DNA of 64,000 nucleotides from Zygnema circumcarinatum SAG 698-1b. Taxonomy: Eukaryota; Plantae; Zygnematophyceae. A program made the translations under genes and the position numbers. This document shows, piece after piece, positions 1 to 12,741 of the stretch (position 1 is its first letter; the number at the start of each line of letters is the position of its first letter). The stretch lies in NCBI GenBank assembly GCA_037447605.1, contig CM074804.1, positions 2,666,001 to 2,730,000 of the forward strand. Reading direction: 5' to 3'. The notes under the pieces were generated by a model. The model saw only the letters and a program-made list of their open reading frames with translations, did no database searches and had not been told where the DNA came from.

Positions 1-529
1 ATACCTTCGCTCCCACTTCCAGATCCCTTTTTTTTCCAGCATTGCCGACTTCTTCTCATCCTGAAATCCTTCACCGGTTGTCTCTTACTGTGCCTGAAAC
101 ATTTCTTTTTATTTCCATTTTTTCTTCATTTCATTTGCTCGTTGAGCTGATGTTACTCTGAAGCATTCTGGCATTTTAGGTCCTGCTCCATTGATTGTTT
201 GACCTTTTTGACCTGTCTGAAGGCATTAAACCTGCGCCATTTGATTGGCTTTTTTCAATTTTTCCTTACATTTCTTCAGGTGCTTGTTGAGCCGCTTTTA
301 TCCACAGAAAGATCTCTTTTCCCTTTACTAGAAACAAGTCAAGTTAATTAACCACTTAATTTTCTCGATATTTTGTTACCTATGTGCAAACTGACGATGC
401 CGTCTCCCTGTATGCTCTTGAAAAAGAAAAATTATAAACGTGCAGAGCGGAATAAAAACACCTCCTTTTCTTTTCTTGTCGGATTTTCCTCAATTTCTTA
501 ATCCGCCTTCATTATTTGGCTGCATGCAG

Positions 530-3500
530 CTACTACTTTGACGAGCTGGCATCTCGCTGTCACCTTTTTATCCCTTCACTTTTTTCGGAAAATCGGATTC
601 TTCGAGCACAAACCCATAGACTGGAAAGTAGTGATGGGTTTTGGAATTCTGAACGGTGCTTCCATTGGGCTTTTGAACCTCTGCCTCGGCTTCAATTCCG
701 TCGGATTTTATCAGGTAATAGCGCCAAACACATGTTCTTATGATTTTTTCTCCGTCGCTGTGTATGGATCGGGATCCATAGCGGCTATACATTCGATGTC
801 ATCAGCCAATCCAGGTTTGCCACGTAAGCATTTTGTCTGATTCGGCAATCTCTGATTGGATTGGACCAATCGGTACTGGGTACCCTCAATGGAATTCAGC
901 CTTATCTCAGTTCCTGGTAACAGTTTGTGTCTTGCTTGCCTTGTTTCATGCTTGATCTATTTTTTGTTATGTCAATCTTGCTGTATAGGGAGGGAAGCCA
1001 AGTCATACACTCTTTTTTCCCCCCACTCTCTCTCTCTGTCTTCCCCCTCTCTCCCTTTTGCTCCCAACATCGCCCTTTTGTGTGTCTTTCTCCGTCCTCT
1101 CTCGCTTATGGGCACTCTTCATCACTCTGTGTGTTTCTCACTCTCTCTCTCCCTTTTGCTCCTTCTCCCTCTCGCTCTGTTTCTCTCCCGAAGGGCTAGC
1201 ATAATAACTCTTGGAAGCATCTTTTGGCTGTGTGTGGGCAGATGACAAAGCTGGCGATCATTCCGTGCACAGTACTGCTGCAGACTCTCTTCCTCAACAT
1301 GAGATTCAGGCGCGAAAACCATTACACTGTCCTTCACTAACTCTAGTTTTCATGAAGCCGAAATTCAGTCCCAAGGGCAAACCTAGCCAATCAATTCAAA
1401 CCCCAACGTTTTCCTGCCAAATTTCCTCTGAAACCCCTTCAAAACCCTTAAGCTCAAACCCTATATGCCCCATTGATGGTTTGTTTGAGGAAAGGAACCC
1501 CGACTCAATTCAACCGCTGTAAACCTACTCAATATACCTTTACCCCCCGTCTCCCCCACAATAATAAGCTCCTCCCATTTGGAAAACCTGAAACGTTAAA
1601 CCCTAATTGATAACTAAACCTAATGGATGGTTTGCTTTGGGGGTGCAGCTCTTCCGTACAGCTCTCTCTCCTGCTGCTCCTTTTGGGCGTGGGCATTGCC
1701 ACTGTCACAGACCTTGAGCTCAACTTTGTCGGAACTGTGCTCGGAATCTTGGCCATCCTTACGACTTGCGTCGGTCAAATTGTATCCTCTCTTATGTCTA
1801 TGCTCACTCTCTCTTCCCCCCTCTCTTCTCTCTCTTCTCTCTCCGAACGCATACATACAGAAATGCAAGGAGATTGTTGATTTGCAGCGGATGTAAACTT
1901 CTGTAATCTGTTTGGGCCCTTCTATGCATTAAGTAAAACTTATCTACCGTGGTAAGCCACGCATTTCATCTAGGGAATGCATTTTTTCACTTGAACCCTT
2001 AACGGAGTTCGAAGCTTCCCTTCCTCTCCCTTTCACTCTCCTTCTCCCACGTATGACAGGAATGTGATTAGGCAGTCTTTTCGTTGGTCCCACATATCGT
2101 GTGGTTGAATTGTTACTCGGTCCAGGATGTCAAGACAAGACGGAGGCAGGCAGGGCGAGTGATTCGGAAAGAGTCGATAGAGAGAGAGACAGAGAGAGAG
2201 AGAAAGGGAGGGAGACGAGACTGGAAGGAGGGATGTAGAGAGTTGTTGGGTCTCGAGAACAGGAAACAGTAATATCTTCCTACCTTCCTTCGATACCTTT
2301 CCATTTTTTTGGCCTTTCGGCGTTGATTCCTTAACTTGACCTGCTCTCCCCCTCCAGATGACCAACACTATTCAAAAGACTCACAAAGTTTCCAGCACGC
2401 AGCTGCTCTACCAGTCTTGTCCTTTTCAGTCCGGCATTCTCCTCCTTGTAGGCCCTACCCTCGACGGTTACCTCACTGGCAAAAAAGTCTTCGCCTTTGA
2501 CTACACGTTTGAAGTTGTGGTGAGTTTAAACCTAACTATAAAGACATTGTGAATGATGCTGGAGTGAGAACAGATAGAATGGTTATAGGCTCGGCCTTCT
2601 CCATAACTTCTCCAAAGTGTCATTCCGTATAAGTGAAATGTGTAACAAGTGGACGGTGTTATAGCCGTGTTATTGGAATGGAGGTCCTTCCTGCTCTGAA
2701 TGCGTTTAATCATATCCAAAGTGTCGTGATATAAAGAACTTTCGAAAGCATATAAATCTATCGATTCAGAGACATGCCAGGTTAGCAAAGTCAAACCAAT
2801 CAAGTTAATCTTGTCTTTCTCTAAAGAAAGCGAGAGAGAGAGAGAAAAAAGAGAGAGAGAGGAAAAGAGAGCGAGAGAAAGGGAGAGAGATTCTTAACCC
2901 CCTCTCTCAAATTATGGTCATATTGTGCAGTTCTTCATCCTCCTCTCCTGCGCCATTTCCGTCTCTGTCAACTTCAGTACCTTCTTAGTGATTGGGAAAA
3001 CCTCCCCTGTCACATACCAAGTGCTGGGCCACTTGAAGACGTGCCTCGTTCTCGCTTTTGGATATGTCCTTCTGTCCAACCCCTTCAGTGTGAAGAACGT
3101 GATGGGGATCCTCATAGCCATGTTTGGAATGATGGCTTATAGCTACGTGCAGATCCTCGAGTCCAGACCTAAAGACACAGAGAAGATGTCTCCTCTGGTG
3201 AAGGTGAGTGGAGGAGAATGCAGGCACAACCTAGGTCTTTTTACTACCTAAAATCCCTTCCTACAAAAACGAGTAGCTGTAAGGATAGGGGAGGGTGTGT
3301 GGGGTGTTGTGTGGGGAGTACTTCGATACGGAGTGTGGGAGGCGGGCGGGAAGGGAAGGCGGGAGGAAGGGAGGCAGGGAGAGGCGTCCAAAGAGTGGGA
3401 GGGAAAGAGAGGAGAGGGCGGGTGGAAAGAGGGTGCACTGCTAGGAAGAAGTGTGGGAAAGTTGGACGTACCAAGGGGTCTTATGCTTGGAAAATAGGAC

Positions 3501-4428
3501 ACACCCACAAAGTGAGGAGGGAGAAAGGGAGGGAGGGAGGTGCTTGTAAGCGGGCAAGATTGAGGGATTGAGGGATAGAGGGGTGGAGAGAGGGAGAAGC
3601 GGAGGGAGGGGGAGGCAGACGAGGGAGGAAGCTTGGTCTCCCTAGAATGCGAGGAAAGGGATTCGGACGGAATGCTAGGAACTAGGGAAGACGGAGAGAG
3701 GGAGGGTGTCAAGGGATGAGGGTGCACCTAGCTGTAGGTGTCTTGTGGGTTCAGAAGAAGATGATAGTAAGCGCATAAATTCGAAATTAATATTGGAACA
3801 AAGTCACTTTCACAAAAGTCGTTTTAACTTGAAAATTTGGGAACCACAGATAAAGAGTGATCAGCTTCTGGAATACGTCACTACCACCTAGCAGTCGTGT
3901 GAGAGCCAATTTTTAGAGAAGCGATCGTGACAGCTGGATTTCAAAATTGGCAATATTTCCCTTAGGGATAAGTATAGTCCCTGACTATCTGACTAGTCTG
4001 ATTTTCCAATTGGCGGTTTTTGCAGAGTGTCGATAACTCGTTGAAGGAGGGCGTTGACGTACGTCCCTTACAAACTCCCTATTCTTTCTCTCTCTCGTTC
4101 TCTCTCTCTCTCTCTCTCGCCCTCTCGCTCTCTGTATTTTGTGAATCTAACATTTACATTGGAATGATAGGTTTTTGATTCATTTCATGACCTGGACCGC
4201 GTTTTTTCCTTCGCCATCTTTTCTCACGCTACTTGCTCTATTTCAAAGACTCGGACGTTAACTAAGGACAGAAAAGGGGCGAGAAGGACAGAGTGAGGTC
4301 AACGACGTCAACGTTTTCCTTTCTATCTGACCTGAGTGTTATCACTACGTGCGTGTTTGCAGATGAATTCGGAGAATGATCCTCTCCTTCAAGCGGAGGC
4401 AGGAGAGGCAAATCCCCTCCGGCGCTAA
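530..4428 (+). CDS. UXT: UDP-xylose transporter-like nucleotide-sugar transporter (TPT/NST family); first exon lies upstream of the window
   Basis: Exons 530-714, 1242-1309, 1649-1781, 2358-2519, 2931-3203, then tentatively 4026-4058 and 4363-4428. They join in frame to TTLTSWHL..GFNSVGFYQ|MTKLAIIPCTVLL..GVGIATVTDL..GQI|MTNTIQK..VSSTQLLYQSCP..SVNFSTFLVIGKTSPVTYQVLGHLKTCLVL, matching plant UXT. The last exon has the SENDPLL tail motif. The 3' exons are less certain. Confidence 0.9.
1782..2357 (+). other. U12-type (minor spliceosome) GT-AG intron in UXT
   Basis: Donor GTATCCTC at 1782, branch site TTCCTTAAC at 2327-2335, acceptor CAG at 2355-2357; phase 0 between GQI and MTN. Confidence 0.85.
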
Positions 4429-5523
4429 GCGGTGAAGGAAAATTCAATCTATTTTTTGACATGTGATGAGTCAATGTACAATTTTTTCACGCCTTTTCAG
4501 TGGTCATAGTCACCTCCCACCTGGGGCGGAGAGGAGATGAAAGAACGGGACAGAACGAAAAGAGGGAACTTGAAGAAGGTCTCTTGAAATCGTATGCTGA
4601 GAAGGAATCCCAGAATGACAGGTCGGGTTTCCGGCAGTTCTTTTTTTTTTTTAGTTGAGGCACCCTCTTTTATTTGCCTTTTGGGGCCGACTCGTGCATG
4701 TGTATTTATTTTGCTTTAGGAACACGCGCCCCCTTCCCTTCCTCTGGCTTGAGGCAGAACCCTCACAGGCTACGCTTTCAAGCCTTCAACCCTGGTCCTA
4801 GATCCTAAGCCCTGGATTCTCGACCATTGACCCTGAACTCTGGACACTGAACCGCCATACTGATGCAGTGGGAACGCCGTTGTTTGTAGTGTTTTGTAAA
4901 CACGGAGGGATGGCAAAGGAAAGGGTGGAGAGGGAGAGGCTTTTGTGGAGAAAAACGAGTGAGAGAAATCCGCATGATAGCATGCACCATGTGTCCATGT
5001 AGGAAATGTACGGAATGTCTAGTTTTGTCTTACTTCACTATCTGTAACTAGAAAGGGAACGTTGATCTCAGAACTTAAGCCCTTTAATGTAACAACCTCC
5101 GCCTCGTGCAGCAGATGGATGATGTATGTATGGAATCTAGAAGGATGCAACTGGAGGGAAAATCGCGTAGATTCATCTGGAGAAACCGAATCCAGAAGGA
5201 CTGGTCTGCTGTGGTGGCCATGATGTATTGGATTCTTGTTTTTGTTCAGTTTGTTTTCAAATGCAAGCGCATGTTGACAACATACACACATGTATGCGGT
5301 ACAACAAAAGAGGTGCCAGTCAAATATCGTGTGAACCCAATCCATGTCATGTTACAACATGTCACAGTCAATTAACATGACATACTCAGCTGAAACTGAA
5401 ACCGGAGCCGACTAACTAACTTTGCATAGACTAAGACAAGCGGAGGGAGAGACTCCTCTCCTCTCCCAGCCCTTTCCTCTTTCCTAAGCGGCCACTCCCC
5501 TCCTCAAAGCAACCCCTCCGCCC

Positions 5524-8500
5524 TCACACCTTGCGCGCCCTCGTCCTCTGCTTGGTGCCGCTCTCCACGAGCTTCTCCTCCACCGTCAGCCCCTTCCTCC
5601 GCCTCACGCTGTCCATCAGCCGCCGCGCCACGTTCCGTGCCAGCCCCACTCCATCGCCGTACTCCTCCAGTTCGTCTTCCGTTCTCGGCACAAAGAAAGG
5701 GTCTTCCTCCATGGTCACCCAATGGCTCAGCACCAACTGCATCATGTGAAACAACCATCAAAACGCCATCAAGAAACCCAAACAAAATTAAAAAACCCAC
5801 GATCGCGCCCTAAACCCGAAACCCAACATGCCAAAATATTCGAGGCCAAAATCTCCACCTGTGGGCTTGCCCCTCCGGACGTTTTCCTCCTGAGCTCATC
5901 TGCGAAGCCGAAGCTCTCTCCCACGGGCATGTGCGCGTGCACTGTGAAGGTGTCGGAGCCCTCCCGCATCTCCTCCCTCACGATCGTCGCCCGCCGCCTG
6001 CCCAGCACGACGTACACTTGACCTAACGCATCTGCGTTGGTGGCCACCTGTGGGAGAGAGATAAGCAGCATGGGAATTGTTAGGGAATATTGAAGAGGGG
6101 AGAGGGAGGGAGAGGAGAGGTGGGTGGGGGGGAGATGGGGGGAAAGGGGGAGGGACAGGGGGAGTGGGAGGGGTAGAGGGAGGTGGGGAAGGCAAAGAGT
6201 GGGAGGAAAAAGCAGGAGAGGGAACACAGTGCAAAATGGAGGGAGATGTCCTGACTTCGCAAAAGTACATGGCCTCCGCCATGCGCGGATGGTTAGCCAT
6301 CACCGCTGCCCTGCAGGCCTCCTTCACCGCTGTGATGACTTGGCCGGAAAATGGGCCGTACAGCTCTGCTGAGCTCTCTCCCGCAGGGTCTCTCTCTACC
6401 TCCGACGCCGCCTCTCTCTGCACACACAATAAAGAAAGCCAAGAAACACAGGCAAGAAATGGAAATGAATGAAGAAAAGGGAAGGGAGGGGAATTGGGGA
6501 ATTTAAGACAACCATTAAGCAGAACCATATACAAAGAAGCCTGAAGCTCTTAAAAAATCTAGAAACCCTACAAGCTCTAGAAACCCCTGAAAACCCTGAG
6601 ACCCTGCAAGCCTTACATTTGCTCGAAATCGGTACCCCCTCGGCACGATACTCGCTTCGATCAGAAAAGCAAGTCCCCAAAGCGGCTCCTCACAAAGGGG
6701 CCCCGCCGCAGTGGCTAACTGAAATCCGGCCACTACATTTCCGCTTAAGTTTTCCGCTTCCTCCAATAATTCGCTCATCAAATCTGTCCCCCCATCCTCC
6801 TCTCTCCCACGCTCCTCCCGCTCCCCCTCTACTCCTTTTTCTTCAGCTTTCGTTACATTTACAGGTGACGTGGCTAACCCTAATTTTAGAGAGGCTACTG
6901 GAGACCCCTTTATCCTTATCTGCACACCCGTATATCCCCTGCTATCGGTTTCCATGTGCTTTTCCGTAAAACTATCTGCAATACTGCTGGCAAGTAGCAT
7001 GTTAGAGCCCGACTGGCGCGGTCCCAATGACCAGATATTTTCTAAGTACTTTTTCCAAGGGTTTTCTCTATCTCTGTCTCCCACTTTCTCTCCCTCTCTC
7101 TTCTCTCCCTTTTCCTCTCCCTCCTCCCCTCCCCCAGCCGCTAGCAGTCTCCTCCTTAACACTGCCACCGGATCTTCTCTCAACCCTTTCCTGCTGCTGC
7201 TTTGCCAATCAAAATTTTCTTCTCTGCCCGAACTAGGATTTTGTCTCCGCATTTTTGGCCCAGCTATTGTCATTTTTCCCTCCACTATTATACTCCGAAT
7301 AAGATCGGAATTGTCGTCCAAAATTGCTGTTATTGCTTGTGGCTGTCGCGCGACGCGGACTCTCACATGGCACCGTCCGTTAGGCGTAACGGACTCCGTT
7401 ACAGGCGAAAAAGCAGCTCCGTGGTTTCCGCTTTCCATCGAAACTTCTTCGGCCGCTTTTATGGTTTCTCGGAATGCGACTAAAGGAGGAGACACGACTA
7501 ATTTCACTCCCGCAAAACGTTCCTAACAACGATAAACAATTAAAGTAAGAAAACCGAATTAGCTTTTCATTAGGTGAAACTTGAAAATAAACAGAGAATC
7601 TACTTCACGTTAGACTTCAGGGTTCAAAGTTTAAAAGTGGGCCTCGAAGGCAAGGAACTAAGGATCCGGTCAAACAACCAAAACAAAAACAAATAAATAA
7701 ATCCAAACAGCAGAAAACCCAATTTCTTAATTTTCTACACCCCCCTGAAGCAGATAGTGTGTGAAGCAGTTGGGGAAAAGGAAAGAAGAAGTTGGCTGAG
7801 AGGAGTGGCTGAGATTTTGGCCCTCCAAATCATCTTCCTCCCTTTCACTGCAACACCCGCCCACTTCTAAAACCTCCACCCAGAAAAAAAACCGTCTTTC
7901 CCAACCTATTCCTTAGAAGCCATTAGAGGGTTTTACAGTTAGGGTTGAGCCCTCCCTCTCCCTCTCCCTCTCCCTCTCCCTCTCCCTCTCCCTCTCCCTC
8001 TCCCACCTCCCGAGGGTNNNNNNNNNNNNNNNNNNNNNNNNNNNNNNNNNNNNNNNNNNNNNNNNNNNNNNNNNNNNNNNNNNNNNNNNNNNNNNNNNNN
8101 NNNNNNNNNNNNNNNNNAGAAAAAGGGAGAAAGTGAAAGAGAGAGAGCGAGAGCGAGAGAGAGAGAGTGTGGGGAATGCACCGTTCATCTCTATAAAATG
8201 ATTCACCTTTACTTTGCACGAATTAGGTCGATAGAAACAAAATGTTAGTTAATTGGACATTACAAAGAAAAATGATTTCCGCATTGTTTGACTCACTTGC
8301 AGATATTTTGAATATGTCGTCGGATCAAAAGGATCGTACTGTCCCGAGAGCACATAGATGTTTTGACCTTCCCTAAGAACTCCGCTAAAAACACGCGCAA
8401 ACCCTAAGAAACATTCTCGATTCGCCGAGTCCATGTCTCCGTTTCCAAGCTCTTCCACGGAGAGGTCCAAATATTCTCCAGATGGTCCCTTTTTCGGAAT

Positions 8501-11500
8501 CCATTCAATTGGATATGCGAACATTTTTGACACAAATACGACACATGGAACGCCTTCCGACGCGTCACACAGTTCTATGGCTCGTTCCGTTGCAGCGACT
8601 AAATCCGTTATTTCGTCTTTACTCCGAACACCGTTTTTTGCAGCGTTTCCGTCAGTATTCTCCGAAGGAGCATTTTCTATTTCTGTGCTACATTCTTCAT
8701 CCGCAACGGAAATTTCCTTCGGAAGAAATCTAGCTATTCTTTCTGCCTGTGCTGTTACCGGGTCCGGAAGGCATTCCACCACCATGTCCAGCACACACGT
8801 GCTTAAAGGAAGCCATCTGGACATGACGGACTGTACAACACTTTTCGGGTCCTTCTGTTCAATTTCTCGTGGTGGAATTGTGAGGTTCATGGCCTTTATG
8901 ACCTTACTCAGAAGTTCCGGATTTCCGCCATTTTCATATACAGCAGTGTACACCTGCATGCGTTTCAATAAGAAACCACAATTGTTTTTTTCTGTGAGCC
9001 AAAAAAAGATCGAACGTTGAATTGAACGAAAATATTGAACATTGAGTTAAAACAAAGCAGCCTTCACAAACTTCAGTACTTGAACAAACATGTTTTGTAA
9101 ATGCCCACCTGCCATAGCGGCTCCAAAATGAACTGTGCAAACATGGGCTTCAGCTTCCCCCCTGCAGCTTTTTTCCCCACGATTTTTTTGGTTTTCGGCA
9201 CGAAATAATGGTCTCCCCACAGCGCCTTTTCCAGGACTGAAACTGATGCGCCTAATTTTGCCGCATAGAGCTCCGCGAACTGGCCAATCCTGAACGCCCA
9301 CCCGTCCGTGGCGCACGCGAACACCACGTTTCCTTTTTCAGGCGAGAACGTGTCCTCGTCGTTTTCCGCCTCCTCCTCGGCCTCGCGCTCACGCGATTGG
9401 TCGGCGGCAGATCCGGATACGACAGAATCGACGTCCGAGATGTACTTTTCGGAGCGGAAGGCGCTCATGATGGTGTTCACCTCCGCAATAATGCTCTGCT
9501 CCCAGGGGGACACAGGGAGAGAGAGAGGGAGGGTGCTTACTGAGGGAGGGAGTGGGAGAGGGAGGGGAGGGAGGGGGGGCGGGAAGGGCGGAGGAGGAAA
9601 GCAGAGAGAGAAAAGGGAGGAACGGAAGGGGAGAGAGAGAGAGAGAGTGTTGGATGGAGAGAGAGATATCCAGGAAAGGGAAGTGCAAGTGAGGAAAGGG
9701 CACAGACAGAAAAGAAGAGGGAAGGAGACGGAAAAAGAGAAAAGACACTGAAAAATTAGCGGAACGAGCGATGGCAATGACCGCCAGGTACTATACTTGA
9801 CAAACATGCGACTAAGGACACGGAAATGCAAACAAACCAACCTGCAACGTCCTGCTTGCACCAAAACCCCCTCATTCCTCCCCCAACCCTTCTCCACTTC
9901 CTTCAAACCAAGCCCCCTCCCTCCCCTCCCACTGCGTGCGAGCGGCGGGCCACCTTGAGCCTGTGGTAGGCCTCCGCGGGCGTGAGGCGCAGGTCCCGCG
10001 CGAGGCGGTCGAGTTTGCTGAGGACGAGCGCGGGGCGGAGGCGCTCCGCGAAGGCCTGCCGGAGGACCGCGCGCGTCTGCACGTGCACGCCCTCGCACGC
10101 GTCCACCAGGACCAGCGCGCCGTCGCTCAGACGCGCGGCGGTGGATACCTCGCTGGAGGGAGGGGAGGGAGGGAGGGAGGGAGGGAGGGAACGGGTTAGA
10201 GAGATAGGTGGAAGAGGGACAGGGAGAGGGGAAAGAGGTGAGAACGAGAGCGGGACGGAGGGAGCGGGAAAGGAGGGGGCGTGAACGGATAAGAACGAGA
10301 GGGACAGGGAGAGAGGTGAGAGCGAGAAGGAAAGGACAGTCAGCGGAAGGGGGGAGTTGAGAGAGGACCGGAGAGGAAGAGAATGGGGAGACCAGGAGAG
10401 GGGAGAAAGAGAGTGTGCCGAAACGAGCCATAGCGCTGCTCATGCTACTGGCTACAGATGTACACCTAACTCCACCATACCAGTAAACCCCCGAAGTCCT
10501 ACTCCTGACCTTGACGCTCACGTTGACGATTATTCTTACCGGCCCTGTCCGGAAATCCAGCTCTAGTCCTAACACGAACATGAACCCTGATAGTGACCGA
10601 AAGTTTGTTTTAATTCCGACACTGGTTCTCACTAAAACGTTAATCCTAGCCATAACCCAAACGCTAGCGATGGCTTTCCCTCTCACTCAAACCCTCACTA
10701 CCGTCATCTCCACGACCCAAGCCCTAACCCAGCCTCACCCTAGCCTGAACCCCAACCCTGGCCCTACCTCTATGTCTAACCGTACCCTCAGCCAACCCTA
10801 ACGCTAACTCCGACCCTGCCCGTTACCCTAACTTTAACCCCAGCCCTCACCCTAGCTTTCACCCCAACCCTAGCCCTGAGCTAAACCTCATCGTTAACCC
10901 TAGCGAACCCCAAGCCCAACCGAACCGTAACCCACCCCTGACACTCCCCCTATCATAAGCTGGTCCTAACTCTAGCCCTGCCAGCCCTAATTCTAGCCCA
11001 ACACTCCCCCTAACCTTACCCCTACTCCTACCCCTACCCCTACCCCTACTCCTCACCCTAATCCTGACGCTAACCCTAACCCTAACCCTAACCCTAACCC
11101 TAACCCTCACCCTAACCCAAATTCTAACCCTAGCCCTAGCTGGCCCATACCCTAACCTTACCCCTACCTCCAACCCCAACCCTACCCGCAATCCGAACCC
11201 TAACTCTACGCCCCACGCCCACAAACCCTAACCCTAACCCTAATTCCCCAAGCCCCTTGCTTACCTGCAGAAGTCCACGTGCCCCGGGGAGTCAATGAGG
11301 TTAACCAGGAAGCGGCCGCCGTCCGCCCTCCGGTGCATAAGCGCGATGGAGGAGCTCTTCATGGTGACCCCGCGTTGCTGCTCGTCCTCACGCCAGTCGA
11401 GGTAGCGCATGCGGCCCGCCATCTTGGGGTGCAGGAGGCCGTTGGCGGCGAGGAGGCAGTCGGAGAGGCTGGTCTTGCCGTGGTCCACGTGGGCGAGCAC

Positions 11501-11572
11501 GCAGATGTTGCGCACGTGGCGGGGCTGCGACTGCAGAGCGCTCAGCTCGGAGGGCGCCACGCGGAGGCCCAT
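5524..11572 (-). CDS. EFL1: Elongation factor-like GTPase 1 (EFL1/RIA1), 60S ribosome maturation
   Basis: Exons 11572-11265, 10152-9954, 9495-9109, 8953-8297, [exon(s) missing in N gap 8018-8117], 7522-6617, 6417-6256, 6047-5859, 5736-5524. Motifs [59 protein letters not shown] and C-terminal [18 protein letters not shown]. Confidence 0.95.
8018..8117. other. Assembly gap (100 N)
   Basis: Run of N inside EFL1. Confidence 1.
10560..11245. repeat. Degenerate telomere-like tract with a perfect (TAACCC)6 at 11071-11106, in EFL1 intron 1
   Basis: Direct reading; many CCCTAA/CCCTAC variants. Confidence 0.85.
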
Positions 11573-12057
11573 GCTCGGGGGGAGGGAGCATTTGAGAGGG
11601 AGGGGTCAGGGCTTAGGGTTAAGGGACGCGAGCCCCGTTTGGTTTTAGGGTTACACAGTCGGATTCAGTTAGGGTTATTAAAGGTTGAGAATCTTTCGTT
11701 TCGTGTCGAGGGGGGGAAGCATTCGAGAGGGAGGGGTCAGGTTTTCGAATTGAGGGTTTAGGGTTTTAAGTTGAGCCTTCTTCGGTGTTCGGGTTACAAT
11801 GGAGGATATAGGCGGGCTAGGGTTTAAGTCAGAGGGCTGTTCGTTTCGGGTCGACTCTCTTGGCTTCAGTTTAGCGATTAGGGTTTAGAGGTTTCGGGTC
11901 TGAGCTGGGATCTTGGAGTGCTAGTACGGGAAAAAGAAGCTTCGAGGAAGGTGTCGGGGGAGGCCGGCCGAACTGACGGTCCGCCACCTTCAGCAGTTCA
12001 GTGCTCGGTGACGCTGACTGAACGCTGGATTCATTTCCATGCTACAACTCCGTTCAC

Positions 12058-12111
12058 GACGGCCGGACGGCCGGACGGCCGGACGGCCGGACGGCCGGAC
12101 GGCCGGACGGC
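12058..12111. repeat. 8-bp tandem repeat (ACGGCCGG) x ~6.5
   Basis: Direct reading. Confidence 0.95.
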
Positions 12112-12741
12112 TGACAGTTTTCGAAGTGGCAGCGACCGGCGACCGGCAGGAGCTGAGCCGGCGGTCGTCACGGGCACGTCGAGTATGGGAGTTCACTGCA
12201 TTTTTGGGGCTTTTATTTTTTTGTTTTTGGTTGGTGGTGTTGTAGAATGGATTGTGGGTTATATCCAAGCCATCATGAGGCAAATGAATGCATGCATGAT
12301 GTGATTGGCTCAAGGAATGCATCGTGTAATTTCGTAAACTTGGCACGTTGCTTTTCTATCCAGAAAAGTTGCTTTTCTATTTCTATACTTTTCTACCTAT
12401 GTGGGGTTTGCGCGCAACCAACAAGCCGTACGTCGTACCCATATCCCCATTGGCCCATCCACTTTGTCGTTTTGTGATGTGCATTTGACGGCATCCCCAT
12501 TCAAACTTGTTGGCCGCCTCGCTGATTGGTTCGGAACCAAACGATGAGCCCTCGGATTGGTCGAAACCCTGTCATGTGGGTCACAAGTTCGGTCACATGA
12601 CGGCTTGCAGCTCTAATTTAGTCACTGACTGAATCGAGTCAGCGACCCAGTCAATTAACTTAGAGATAATTTGCGCTATTTAAGTTTTTGCGAAACGCTA
12701 ACATATTACAAAAAGCTAATTCGAAACGGCAAACCCCAAAA

